A stretch of DNA of 64,000 bases from an uncultured Chloroflexia bacterium (lineage in GTDB: Bacteria > Chloroflexota > Limnocylindria > Limnocylindrales > CSP1-4): contig CAVTNH010000010.1 in assembly GCA_963736025.1 (NCBI GenBank), positions 184,506-248,505 on the forward strand. Direction: 5' to 3'. The notes beneath the pieces were generated by a model. It made no database searches and was not told the origin of the DNA. It worked only from the letters and a program-made list of their open reading frames with translations. Shown in pieces: positions 28,465-37,985 of this stretch. Both the position numbers and the translations under genes were made by a program. Position 1 is the stretch's first letter, and every line of letters starts with the position of its first letter.

Positions 28465-28572
28465 TCAGCCGTGGACGGTCATCGATGCTGCAAGCAGCAC
28501 GACGATCACCACGCCGAGGTTCAAGGCCGCGCGCACGACATTTCGTGCGAGCGGGGAGATCTGGACCTCCAC
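28465..28572 (-). CDS. possible 35-aa single-TM peptide
   Basis: GGGAGG 6 nt upstream of GTG 28572. VEVQISPLARNVVRAALNLGVVIVVLLAASMTVHG. Confidence 0.35.
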   Translation of the reverse strand: MEVQISPLARNVVRAALNLGVVIVVLLAASMTVHG

Positions 28573-28798
28573 GGCCCACCTCCCTATCGGCAGCCCGGCT
28601 ACCTGCGTGAGGCCCGTGGCTTTGCGTCCCCGCCTCGCGACGGGTTTGCCGCTTCGGTCGGTCGTCGCCGGGGACGGCGTGTTGACCGACGTCAACAGCC
28701 TAGGCGCCCACCAGCAAAGTCCGCGAGAGGCCTACTCGGGCTATCCGGGGACCCGTACCTCCGCCGATTCGCAGCCCCCCGCCGCGTACCATCAGCGC

Positions 28799-30009
28799 GT
28801 GTCGGCCACCTTGTACCGAGACGGAGCGATGGCAGACGGTCGATCGGACCGCCTGCAGGTCGGCGTGAGCATCCTCGTCGTCGACGGCACCATCGCCTGG
28901 ATCCGCCCGAGCGATGACGAGGGCGAGGTGCCCTCCGTCGAGTCTGACCGGCGAGACGGAGGTCGTCGATGCGAGCGGCTCGACGATCGTCCCTGGGATG
29001 GTCGATTGCCACAGCCACCTGACGCTGCCGGGCGGCGCCCACTGGATCGATCGCATCGACGACCCGCCCGAGCGACTCCTCGCGGTGGCCGAGCACAACG
29101 GCCGGCTGATGACGAACGCCGGCGTCCGCTGGGCACGGGACGTCGGGGCGCCGCGGGTCGCCGATCCCGTCGATGGTCGCGTGCGGGCATTGAGCCTCGG
29201 CGTCCGCGATCGGTGGCGCGGCCGAGCGGACCTCCCGTACGTCCGCGCCGCCGGCACGTGGCTGGACCGCGCGGGCACGATGCCCGGCGAGCGATCCGTC
29301 GAGGCGGACGACGCCGAGGAACTGCTCCGCCTTGCGCTGGGCCAGCTCGATGACGGCGCCGACCTGCTCAAGCTCTATCTCGACGGGCCGGACGCCGGCG
29401 TCGCACCTTGGAGCGCCGACGAGATCGCGCCCGTCGTCACGGCCGCGCATGCCCGCGGCGTGAAGGTGACAGCCCACTCATCGCATCTGGCCGGCGCCCG
29501 GGTGGGCGTGGCCGCGGGCGTGGACTCGATCGAGCACGGGATGCAGCTCGACGCGGATCTCGCGGCGACGATGGCCGCGCAGGGGACCGCGCTCGTCTCG
29601 ACGCTCGCGATCTTCCGGAGCTGGATCAGCTTCGGGACCACCACGACGATCGAGCGCTTCGCCGCCCCGGCAGGGCGAGCCCGGACGCTCGAGCGCCAGG
29701 CCGGGGCCGAGGAGAGCGTTCGCCATGCGCACGCGGCCGGCGTCGCGATCGCGACCGGCACCGATTTCGGCGGCGGATCGACCCGGGCCGACCAGCTGGC
29801 CTGGGAGGTCGAGTGCCTCGTGGCCGCCGGGTCTCCAGCCGTGGGAGGCGCTCGGCGCGGCGACCTGGCGCGGCGGCGATCTCCTTGGCGAGCCCGAGGC
29901 CGGCGTGATCCGCGAGGGCGGCCCGGCCGACTTCAGCCTCGTCCATGGCGATCCGTTGTCGGACCCGACCGCGCTCTGGCGCGTGTGGCGGGTCGCCTGG
30001 GCGGATTGA
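28799..30009 (+). CDS. metal-dependent amidohydrolase (third in window); two apparent 1-nt insertions near 28940 and 29831
   Basis: GTG 28799 (VSATLYRDGAMADGRSDRLQVGVSILVVDGTIAWIRP). Motifs IVPGMVDCHSHLTLPGG, VKVTAHS, SIEHGMQL, IATGTDFGG. Tail LQPWEALGAATWRGGDLLGEPEAGVIREGGPADFSLVHGDPLSDP. Length = 403 codons + 2. Confidence 0.85.
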
Positions 30010-30025
30010 CTCCGCCGTTCTGCGT

Positions 30026-30823
30026 CTAGGCGCTCGGACCGCGCGGGGCGAGGTGGCGATCCAGGAACGCCAGCGTCTCGTCGAGGGCAAGGCGCAGGTC
30101 GTGGTCGGCCCCCGGCGTGACGCTGTTCGCGAGGACCGAGTGGTCCTTCTTCTTCGCGGAGGGGACCTCGCGGCGCTCGCAGGCCGGGAAGGTCTGGACG
30201 ACGCGGTCAAACCGTTCTCGTGGGGACGCTGAGTCGACCGAGTAGCGCATGATCCGGAGTCGGGCGCCGTCGCCGATCCGGCGTTCGACCGCGTCGAGAT
30301 CCGCCGGCGAGACGCCGAGGTCACGCTTCCGTGCGGGGGTGAACGGGAACGGCAGTGCCGGCTGGCTCATGACCGCCGCGCCGACCGCCGGGTCGGTGAT
30401 CGCGCCGAGCGCGAACCCGCCGGAGAAGCACATCCCGATCACCGCGACCGGGCGGTCGCCGTTGAGTGCCGCCTCCTCCCGGGCCAGGGCTCGGAGCCAC
30501 TCGACGATTGCGCCGGTCTTGCCCGTCGAGAACGCCGAGAGCTCGTGGGCGACGCAGAAGCTCGCGAAGCCGATAGCCCGGCGCAGGGCGGCGGGTCCGA
30601 ACGATCCCTCGTTCATCAGTTCGGGGACGGCCACCGTGTAGTGCCGCTGCGCGAGCCGGTCCGCGACCGCGAAGGTCCGTGCGGAGATGCAGGGCGCCTC
30701 GTGGATGAGGATGACCGTCGGGCCGGAGTCGGCTCGACGGAAGACCTGGCGCTCGAGGATGCCGCGCGACGTGTCGTGGCTGAACGGCCGACGGACGTAC
30801 TCCGCGGGCGGCGTGAACGGCAC
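30026..30823 (-). CDS. dienelactone hydrolase family protein
   Basis: GTG 30823, 10 nt after the upstream stop. VILIHEAPCIS, nucleophile elbow VAVIGMCFSGGFAL, KKDHSVL. Confidence 0.85.
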   Translation of the reverse strand: MPFTPPAEYVRRPFSHDTSRGILERQVFRRADSGPTVILIHEAPCISARTFAVADRLAQRHYTVAVPELMNEGSFGPAALRRAIGFASFCVAHELSAFSTGKTGAIVEWLRALAREEAALNGDRPVAVIGMCFSGGFALGAITDPAVGAAVMSQPALPFPFTPARKRDLGVSPADLDAVERRIGDGARLRIMRYSVDSASPRERFDRVVQTFPACERREVPSAKKKDHSVLANSVTPGADHDLRLALDETLAFLDRHLAPRGPSA

Positions 30824-30833
30824 GGCCCCGCTC

Positions 30834-31726
30834 CTACGCGAGCTCCAGCCCGGCTGCCCGCGCGTCCTCGACGAGCGATTCGAGGGCCTCGTCGGAGCGT
30901 GCTGACGCACGGAGGAGGCCCATCACCCGGCTGACGCCGAGCTCGGCGTACCCCGCCAGGCGATCGACCCGCGCGGCGCCGGCCACCTCGATGTCCTCGG
31001 CCCACATGTGGACCGAGACCGGGAGCGTGGCCGGGTCGCGGCCGATCTCATCGCACCGGCTCCGGACCACGGGGAGTGCCTCGGCGACGTCGGCCGGCGA
31101 CATCCCGTCGAGGTTGAGCTCGTCGGCGTGACGGGCGGCCAGGCGCCACGTGATGTTCGGCCCGTTGCCGCCGACCATGATCGGCACGCGCGGCTTCTGG
31201 ATGGGCTTGGGCACGTTCCGCGCGTCGTGGACCTGCGAGTACGGGCCCTCGTAGGTCGCGTGCTGGTGCTTGTCGCCGGCCAGCATCCGGGTGATGACCT
31301 CGAGGTCGTCCTCGAGGCGCGTCAGCCGCTCCTTCGTCTCGGGGAAGCCGTAGCCGTAGCCGATCCACTCGTCCTTCTTCCAGCCGGCGCCGATGCCGAG
31401 CTCCATCCGGCCGCCGCTGATCGAATCCATCGTCGAGATCATCTTCGCGGTCAGCGCCGGGTTGCGGAACGCGGTGCAGATGACGATGTGTCCGAGGCGG
31501 ACGCGCGTCGTCAGGGCCGCCAGCGCCGCCAGCGACGTGAACGATTCGAACGTGATCTCGTCGGTCGGGCGGGGGACCGTGTGGAAATGGTCGAACAGCC
31601 AGATGGCGTCGAAGCCGAGCCTGTCGGCCTGCTGCGCGACCTCGGTCGTGCGCCGCCACGCATCGAGCGGCTCCCAGCCGTCGTACTCGCCGACCCACCC
31701 TGGGGAACGATCGCCCCGATCTTCAT
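30834..31726 (-). CDS. LLM-class F420-dependent oxidoreductase; apparent 1-nt deletion near 31700
   Basis: MKIGAIVPQG joined to WVGEYDGWEPLDAWRRTTEVAQQADRLGFDAIWLFDHF. Also GRMELGIGAGW and PIMVGGNGP. Confidence 0.9.
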
Positions 31727-31836
31727 CCCGGTCCCTCCTCGTCACAGCGTCCTGCGTCACGGAGATGGTGGCGGCCGGCGATACGATCCTGACCGTCGCC
31801 GACCGCTCATCCGTCGGACTGGAGGAGTCATCGACC

Positions 31837-32223
31837 GTGGACTCGAAGGCCGGGTCGATCATCGACCTCGATGACCTGGATCACACCGAGCATGCCCACG
31901 AATTCGTCGGCGCCGAGCATAGCGACGTGCCCTTCTCGGTGATCCTCGTGCACTCGCAGCCGGGCGTCGGCCCGAAGCTGCACCGCCATCCCTACGCCGA
32001 GGTGTTCGTGGTCGAGTCAGGGCAGGCGACGTTCCAGATCGGCGACCGGACGATCGCCGTCGACGGTGGACACGTGGTCGTGAGCCCTCCAGGCGAAGCG
32101 CACGGGTTCACGAACACCGGCAGCGGCGAGCTGCGACTGACCGCGATCCACGGATCCGGGCGGTTCGATACCGAATGGCTCGCAGGCCCGGACCCCGCAT
32201 GGACCTCGAAGCCCGCGGAGTGA
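31837..32223 (+). CDS. cupin domain protein
   Basis: GGAGGAG SD upstream of GTG 31837. GPKLHRHPYAEVFVVESGQATF ... SPPGEAHGFTNTG. Confidence 0.8.
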   Translation: MDSKAGSIIDLDDLDHTEHAHEFVGAEHSDVPFSVILVHSQPGVGPKLHRHPYAEVFVVESGQATFQIGDRTIAVDGGHVVVSPPGEAHGFTNTGSGELRLTAIHGSGRFDTEWLAGPDPAWTSKPAE

Positions 32224-32228
32224 CCCGA

Positions 32229-32561
32229 CTACGCCTCGTTGAGCTGGACGACCGTCTCGCCGCCGAAGGCCATCGCGTCGCCGACCTGATACGTGTCCGC
32301 GATCGCGTTCCACGCCTGGAATCCGGGGTGGGAGTCGTGGGCGTGGTGGCCCTCGCCGGTCGCGAACACCGCGACCACCATGTACTGGAAGGCGCCGGCG
32401 ACGGGGTTCGACGAGATGTCGAGCCGGTTCAGCGTGGCGCCGACCAGGAGGCCGCGATCGCGGAGGTCGCGCCACACGGGGACCTCGTGCTCGCGGAAGC
32501 CAGCCTCGAACTCGTCGACCCGATCCTGGGCGACATTCAGGACGACCGCGACCGTCTCCAT
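32229..32561 (-). CDS. small hypothetical protein (dimeric alpha/beta-barrel-like)
   Basis: GGGAGGG SD 7 nt upstream of ATG 32561. METVAVVLNVAQDRVDEFEAGFREHEVPVWRDL ... 110 aa. Confidence 0.6.
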   Translation of the reverse strand: METVAVVLNVAQDRVDEFEAGFREHEVPVWRDLRDRGLLVGATLNRLDISSNPVAGAFQYMVVAVFATGEGHHAHDSHPGFQAWNAIADTYQVGDAMAFGGETVVQLNEA

Positions 32562-32675
32562 CGGCTCACCCTCCCTCGAGGCAGATGTAACGCACCTGTC
32601 GCCCGAGCGCAGGCATTGACACCCACGACCCGTGGCCACGGCCATCCTAGGTCTCCTGCACAAGGAGACAGAACC

Positions 32676-33105
32676 ATGGCAACCAGCACCACCGCTGTCC
32701 AGGAGCGCTCGATCCTCCGAGGCAGTCCCTTGATGTCGAGCTTCGCGGTCAAGGATCTCGACGCGGCGCGCACGTTCTATCGGGACACGCTCGGGTTGGA
32801 CGTCCGCGATGACACCGACGATGGGCATCTTCGAGATCCATGGCGCGGGCGAGACCAGCGTCATGGTCTATCCCAAGCCCGACCATCAGCCCGCCGTCTT
32901 CACGGTCCTCAACTTCCCGGTCAAGGACATCGAGTCCAAGGTCAACGAGTTGATGTCCGCCGGCGTCACGATGGAGCACTACGACCGCCCGGACGGCCCG
33001 AAGACCGGTCCCAAGGGCATCGCCCGTGACGACAACGGCCCCGCGATCGCGTGGTTCACCGACCCGTCGGGCAACATCCTCTCGGTGCTCGAGAACAACC
33101 GCTAG
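32676..33105 (+). CDS. VOC (glyoxalase/bleomycin-resistance) family protein; apparent 1-nt insertion near 32815
   Basis: AAGGAGA SD upstream of ATG 32676. SSFAVKDLDAARTFYRDTLGLDVRDD joined to MGIFEIHGAGETSVMVYPKP...IAWFTDPSGNILSVLE. Confidence 0.8.
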
Positions 33106-33163
33106 TCAGCGGTTCGGGGGCGACTTCGGAGCCTGCTCCGGGTCGCCCCGCTACGATGCCCCC

Positions 33164-33550
33164 ATGATCAAGGCGATCCACACGCTCATCTACTCGGACG
33201 ACCCGGAGGCCACCCGGTCGTTCCTTCGTGACGTCCTTGGCTGGCCGTCGGTCGAGGATGCGCACAGCGTGCCGCCGTGGCCGATCTTCAAGACCGGACC
33301 GAGCGAGATGGGCGTCCACCCGACGTCGGGCGGCGAGGGCGCCGAGGCGTACTCGTCTCCGCGGCATCACTCGATCTCGCTGATGTGCGACGACATCGCG
33401 GCCACGAAGGCCCAGCTCGAGGCGAAGGGCGCCGTCTTCACCGGCGGCATCGAGGACCTTGGCTTCGGCCTCGCTGCGAACCTCGAACTCCCCGGCGCCG
33501 ACCCGATCCTGCTCTACGAGCCGCGGCACCCCGAGGCGTACGACCTCTAG
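33164..33550 (+). CDS. VOC family protein
   Basis: MIKAIHTLIYSDDPEATRSFLRDVLGW ... ISLMCDDIAATKAQLEAKGAVF ... ADPILLYEPRH. Confidence 0.85.
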   Translation: MIKAIHTLIYSDDPEATRSFLRDVLGWPSVEDAHSVPPWPIFKTGPSEMGVHPTSGGEGAEAYSSPRHHSISLMCDDIAATKAQLEAKGAVFTGGIEDLGFGLAANLELPGADPILLYEPRHPEAYDL

Positions 33551-33728
33551 GCGTTCGAGACGCGAGCGGGACATTCGCGAGACGTCACTGGTGCAGGCTC
33601 CCGGCCATCTCGCTCCAGGCCGTTCCGACGGTCGCCTGCCCGCCGGTCCTCTGTCCCGACGGATCGAGCGAGACAGGGGGTCAGGTTGACTTCCTGCCAG
33701 GGACAGACCCAGCGGACAGGAGGCAGTC

Positions 33729-34428
33729 ATGGTCTCGGTCGGAGCCGAATGGATCAACGACTTCCCGGCCCCATGGACCCAGAACCAGCTCAGCTACCGC
33801 GACGACACGTCGGAGGGGTTCCTCAACGGCATGACGTCACGGGGCCACACGCAGGCGTTCGATTGGGGGAACGGCAACGCATGGAGCAGGACTTCCGCGA
33901 CATCAGCTTCGGTGGCGACGATCGCAACTGGGCGGACAACGTCGACTTCGTCCACTTCTCCGCGCACGGCGGCACGGACTCGAGCAACGTCTTCAAGGGC
34001 TATTTCGGCAGTCAGGTCACGGCCTGCACCTGGCGGTCCGACAAGGCCCGCCTCGGCGACAACTGGAACCTCGAGGTGCATCGACGGCAACAGCCTCGAG
34101 TTGAGCCGCAACGTCATCGCCGTATGGCAGAACACGTTCCAGGGGCCTCCACCAGATCTTCGCATTCACCGATGTCGTCTCTGACTCCTGGTGGACCGGG
34201 GGTCGCGGGTACGGCTTCGGCCGTCGGGCGGGCAACAACGAGGTGCTCTCGAACGCGTGGCTCGATGAGTGCTACTCGTTCTGGTGCGACGACAACCCCG
34301 TCGCGATGGCTGCGGGCCGCACGCCGGCCGACGCCGCCAACCGCCTGAACAACGAGCGCGTGTTCTCGGGCTTCAGCGACATCCCGAACAACCAGATCAC
34401 CTGGTTCCAGTGGAAATGGCGGAGCTGA
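33729..34428 (+). pseudogene. hypothetical protein gene broken by three apparent frame shifts (approx 33883, 34078, 34143)
   Basis: AGGAGG SD upstream of ATG 33729. The fragments join as ...FDWGNGNAW / EQDFRDISFGGDDRNWADNVDFVHFSAHGGTDSSNVFKGYFG...LGDNWNLE / IDGNSLELSRNVIAVWQNTFQG / LHQIFAFTDVVSDSWWTGGRGYGFG...WLDECYSFWCDDNPVAMAAG...ITWFQWKWRS-stop. Confidence 0.5.
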
Positions 34429-34471
34429 GCCTCGCCCCGACATCGATGACGCATGACCTCGGAGGACTGAC

Positions 34472-35296
34472 ATGAGTCTCGAATTCCGTGAGAAGTTGCC
34501 GGAGCGGGTCCCGGATTGCTCCTCGTCTATCGCCTGGCCGAGCCGGCCACCTTCCCCGAGTCCGCACAACAGCTCGCGAGCCTCGCGTCCCAGATGGGTC
34601 TCAGCGGCAAGCCGAGCGAGACGTGCATCCCCGACATGGACGGTCCACGACGAAGGCCCGTTCAGCCTGTCGATCCACACCCAGTCCGGCGGCATCACCG
34701 GCCGGCATCGCGATCGGTATTCGCAGCCGGTCACCGAGTCGTTCGACCTCGATGACGACAAGGCCACCGACATCGCTCGAGCTTCGTCAAGCAGAGCCAG
34801 CCGTCGAGCTTGGAGCCGCCGCGGTTCGCGGTCCACCTGCGGATGGCCGGCGGCTCGCTGGCAGCGATGAGCGGGAGTGCCCTCGACGCGGGGTCATCTT
34901 CGGGCGGTCGATCAGGGCGTCGCCGTCGACGGACCCGGCGGCTTCGAGCCGTCATCGGAGGTCGCCGTCAGCGGCGTCGTGGCGGCCGATCGCCGAGAAG
35001 GCCGAGGAGGTCAGGACCCATGTCGCCGGCGCGCCGAAACGATGGAGCATCGCGAAGCGGGTCAGCGGCGCCGACCGTGATCAGTCGACGCGAGCTCGGT
35101 CGCCGATCGCGAGCGCCTCCAGCCCGCATCATCATGGTGTACGTGGTGCAGGACGAGGAAGTCGCTACAAGTCGGCCGAGGTGGTCGCGGCGTCGGAGCA
35201 CGCCTCGACGATCCGCGGCGGGCATCGCTCACCGCGGGACGGCAGAGCGCGCGCAAGGAACCACGCGAGAAGGAACCGCACGACCCGGTCGGCTAG
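34472..35296 (+). pseudogene. hypothetical gene(s) with at least six apparent frame shifts; 3' boundary uncertain (coding-like signal continues to about 35460)
   Basis: GGAGG SD upstream of ATG 34472. Coding-looking fragments hop between frames: MSLEFREKLPERVP / LLLVYRLAEPATFPESAQQLASLASQMGLSGKPSE / WTVHDEGPFSLSIHTQSGGITG...FDLDDDKATDIAR / FVKQSQPSSLEPPRFAVHLRMAGGSLAAMSGSALDAG / VIFGRSI / GVAVDGPGGFEPSSEVAVSGVV / IAEKAEEVRTH... Confidence 0.3.
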
Positions 35297-35792
35297 GAGG
35301 CCAGGTGGCCGACATCGCGGACGAACGACGATGCAGCCGGGCGCGTGGGACGTGCCCGGCTTCCTCCACCCGGCGGACGTTGTTCGCCGCGATCTGGCCG
35401 AAGCGGGCTCGGCTGGGTCTTGATCCGGGGTCGATCGGGCCCGATTGGGCGCGCTTCTAGAAGCCGGCGCTGGCGATCTCGGCCGGCCGATTTCCTCGGC
35501 GGGTTCGGGTGAGTCGAGCACGCCCGTGGCTTCCTGACTTGCCCGTGGGCGCCGGAGGAATTCGAACCGTGCGTGGTCGGGCGAGGGGAGTCGGCCGACC
35601 GCGAACCGCTTCGTGGTCACCGACGGTGACGGGCGCCATGTTGTCCGGCTACGAGCTCTCGGCGCACCTCATTCGCGATCACGCGTTCTTCGGCGGGCCG
35701 GACACGCGGTACCGCCTGGAGCCGGACCTCGTGGCGGGGGCCTCGGGCTGATCGATCGGGTGGATCCAGAGACTCCCCGGCGCCGACGCCTC

Positions 35793-35822
35793 TTGACATC
35801 CATATACTGTGTGCCACACACT
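35793..35822 (+). promoter_or_regulatory. putative padR promoter with palindromic operator
   Basis: TTGACA (35793-35798), an 18-nt spacer, then CACACT. The 13-nt palindrome TGTGTG-C-CACACA (35808-35820) overlaps the spacer and -10. ATG at 35834 implies a near-leaderless mRNA. Confidence 0.35.
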
Positions 35823-35833
35823 GTGCACCGAAC

Positions 35834-36202
35834 ATGACAGCAGCAGCCCGATCCCATGACCCGGCCGAGGACGGCACCTTCGAGAACCTGCGGCTCGAGC
35901 TGCGTCGAGGGGCCGTCGTCATCGCCGTCATGGCGCGACTGCGGACCGAGGCGTACGGCTACGAGCTCCGCAAGTCGCTCCTGGACCAGGGGATGGACAT
36001 CGAGGAGAACACGCTCTACCCGCTCCTTCGCCGCCTGGAGGCCCAGGGCCTGCTGGACAGCGAATGGCGGGAGGAGGACAAGAGGAACAAGCGCTTCTAC
36101 CGGCTCGCAGCCGAGGGCCAGGACATCCTGGCCCGGCTGCTCGACGAGCGCGGCGAGATCGAAGCCTCGCTGCGACGGATCATCGAGGAGAACGCCCAAT
36201 GA
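35834..36202 (+). CDS. PadR family transcriptional regulator
   Basis: Intact 122-aa ORF. AVMARLRTEAYGYELRKSLLDQGMDIEENTLYPLLRRLEAQGLLDSEWREEDKRNKRFYRL. Confidence 0.9.
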   Translation: MTAAARSHDPAEDGTFENLRLELRRGAVVIAVMARLRTEAYGYELRKSLLDQGMDIEENTLYPLLRRLEAQGLLDSEWREEDKRNKRFYRLAAEGQDILARLLDERGEIEASLRRIIEENAQ

Positions 36203-37191
36203 GCACCCTGGTCGATCGATACCTGCGCGCGGTGAAGGAGCAGCTGCCGCGCGCCCAGCAGGACGACGTCATCGCCGAGCTGACCGAGAACCTCCGCGCC
36301 CAGATCGAGGACGCGGAGGGGGCCCTCGGCCGGCCCCTCGCCGACGACGAGGAGGCCGCCATCCTCAAGCGATTCGGCAACCCGATGGTGGTCGCGGCAC
36401 GCTATCGCGGCGACACGCGCTCGGTCAGCTTCGGGCGCCAGCTCATCGGGCCGGAGCTCTTCCCCACGTACCTCAAGGTCCTGACCGTCAACGTCGCGAT
36501 CACGCTCATCGTCATCGTGGCGGTCCTGCTGGTCGGGGGCGGCACGGCCTGGTCCTCGATGTACGGCGGGCTCGTGCCGATCGTCATCCAGTTCGCGATC
36601 GTGACCGGGATCTTCATCTACGCCGACCGGCGGTTCGCCAGGGATCCGAACGCCTGGGACCCGCACACCGTCGAGCCCGGCGACCCGATCACGAACTACG
36701 GCAACCTCGACGGGATCTCCGACAAGCTCATCGGCGAAGCCAAGACGACGACCGTGCCCTACACGACGTCGCTTCTCGACCTTGGCCTGAACGCGTTCGG
36801 CCTGGCCATCCTGCGAGCGATCGGCGTGCCGCAGACGACCGGCTCGCTCGCGCCGGGCCCGGCCTGGACCGACCTCTACGTTCCCTTGACCGTCCTGTTC
36901 GCCCTCGCCCTGATCGGGCCGATCGTGAATCTGATCCGGCCGACGTTGGTCGAGTTCCGCGTCGTGACACGAGCGCTGTTCGACGCCGCGTTCGCGGTCC
37001 TCGGAATCGTCTCGCTCGCGATCGGCCAGTGGGTCGTCATCGCCCCGAACGTGAGAGCCACCGAGGAGCTGGTCGACCTCGTCGATGCCGTCAATCTCGG
37101 GGTGCGCATCGGCGTCGTCGCGACGATCGTGTTCACCGCGATCTCCTTCGTCCTGGAGGTGCGGCGCCTCCGCCAGTTGAGGGCTCGCTAG
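36199..37191 (+). CDS. PadR-associated membrane protein (DUF1700/HAAS-like N-terminus)
   Basis: ATGA overlap with padR. MSTLVDRYLRAVKEQLPRAQQDDVIAELTENLRAQIED, followed by 5-6 hydrophobic helices. Confidence 0.8.
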   Translation: MSTLVDRYLRAVKEQLPRAQQDDVIAELTENLRAQIEDAEGALGRPLADDEEAAILKRFGNPMVVAARYRGDTRSVSFGRQLIGPELFPTYLKVLTVNVAITLIVIVAVLLVGGGTAWSSMYGGLVPIVIQFAIVTGIFIYADRRFARDPNAWDPHTVEPGDPITNYGNLDGISDKLIGEAKTTTVPYTTSLLDLGLNAFGLAILRAIGVPQTTGSLAPGPAWTDLYVPLTVLFALALIGPIVNLIRPTLVEFRVVTRALFDAAFAVLGIVSLAIGQWVVIAPNVRATEELVDLVDAVNLGVRIGVVATIVFTAISFVLEVRRLRQLRAR

Positions 37192-37985
37192 CCGTCGACG
37201 CGCAGGACGACGACATCGGTGACCTGCTGCTTGCCCTTGAGGTCGAGGTGCCGGCGCTCCAAGGTGGGCTCGAGGGCCGCGGCGGCCGCGGCCTCCGTCG
37301 TTACCAGGATCTCTCCGGCCGACGCAACCGCGGCCAACCGTGCGGTCGTATTGACCGCGTCGCCGACGGCAGTCAGTTCGACATGAGATCCCTGGCCGAT
37401 GGCGCCGAACCACGCGAGGGCCGTGTGCACACCGGCGCCAAGCGGGACCCACGGTCCACCGCTGTCCGCGTGCCCGGTCGCGCGCAATAGGTCCTGCGCG
37501 GCAGCAACAGCTTGCTCGGCATGGCGATCGCCACTGAGCAGCGGAAAGAAGAGTGCCACGAGCTCGTCGCCCACGAACTTGTCGACGATGCCGTCATGCC
37601 GAAAGACGGAGGCCGATGCCACGGTGTAGAACCGATCGAGGAGCTGCCGGAACCCACCTGCCGACATCCCTTCGGCAAGGGTGGTCGACCCGCGAATGTC
37701 TGCGAAGAGCATCGTGCATTCGATCTCCGCGCCCCCATTGTGTGAGGTCAGGAAGCTGAAGCACGAGTTGCACATCGTCGGGTTGCTTGTCGACGGATCC
37801 CTGCCGAGGATGTGCATCACCGGAGCGCCGATCCCATCGAACGGGGCCGCGCACAAGCGACACCGTGGCCCGCGCGGGATCCGCTTGAAGACGCGCCTGG
37901 ACCGCCGCTCCTTCGAGTCTCCACGCGTGAGGAAGTCGCGCCAGAATTCCTCGGTCTCCGTGCTGGGTGAAGGTCTCGTGGTCAT
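37188..37985 (-). CDS. class III adenylate/guanylate cyclase with N-terminal zinc-ribbon
   Basis: ATG 37985 (MTTRPSPSTETEEFW). CRLCAAPF...CNSCFSF. Cyclase motifs MLFADIRGSTTLAE, KFVGDELVALF, GDAVNTTARL. 4-nt overlap with the convergent gene. Confidence 0.85.
   Translation of the reverse strand: MTTRPSPSTETEEFWRDFLTRGDSKERRSRRVFKRIPRGPRCRLCAAPFDGIGAPVMHILGRDPSTSNPTMCNSCFSFLTSHNGGAEIECTMLFADIRGSTTLAEGMSAGGFRQLLDRFYTVASASVFRHDGIVDKFVGDELVALFFPLLSGDRHAEQAVAAAQDLLRATGHADSGGPWVPLGAGVHTALAWFGAIGQGSHVELTAVGDAVNTTARLAAVASAGEILVTTEAAAAAALEPTLERRHLDLKGKQQVTDVVVLRVDG

Noticed and set aside
35545-35620. GGAATTCGAACC motif suggesting a minus-strand tRNA
   Set aside because: The flanking bases cannot form a 5-bp T-stem or an acceptor stem. 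The flanking GGGCGCC copies are direct repeats, not complementary.
35165-35620. 151-aa minus-strand ORF and a 37-codon plus-strand ORF (35638-35751, MLSGYELSAHLIRDHAFFGG...) upstream of padR
   Set aside because: Both show some GC3 bias but have no SD, no motif and conflicting overlaps. Evidence is insufficient to call either.
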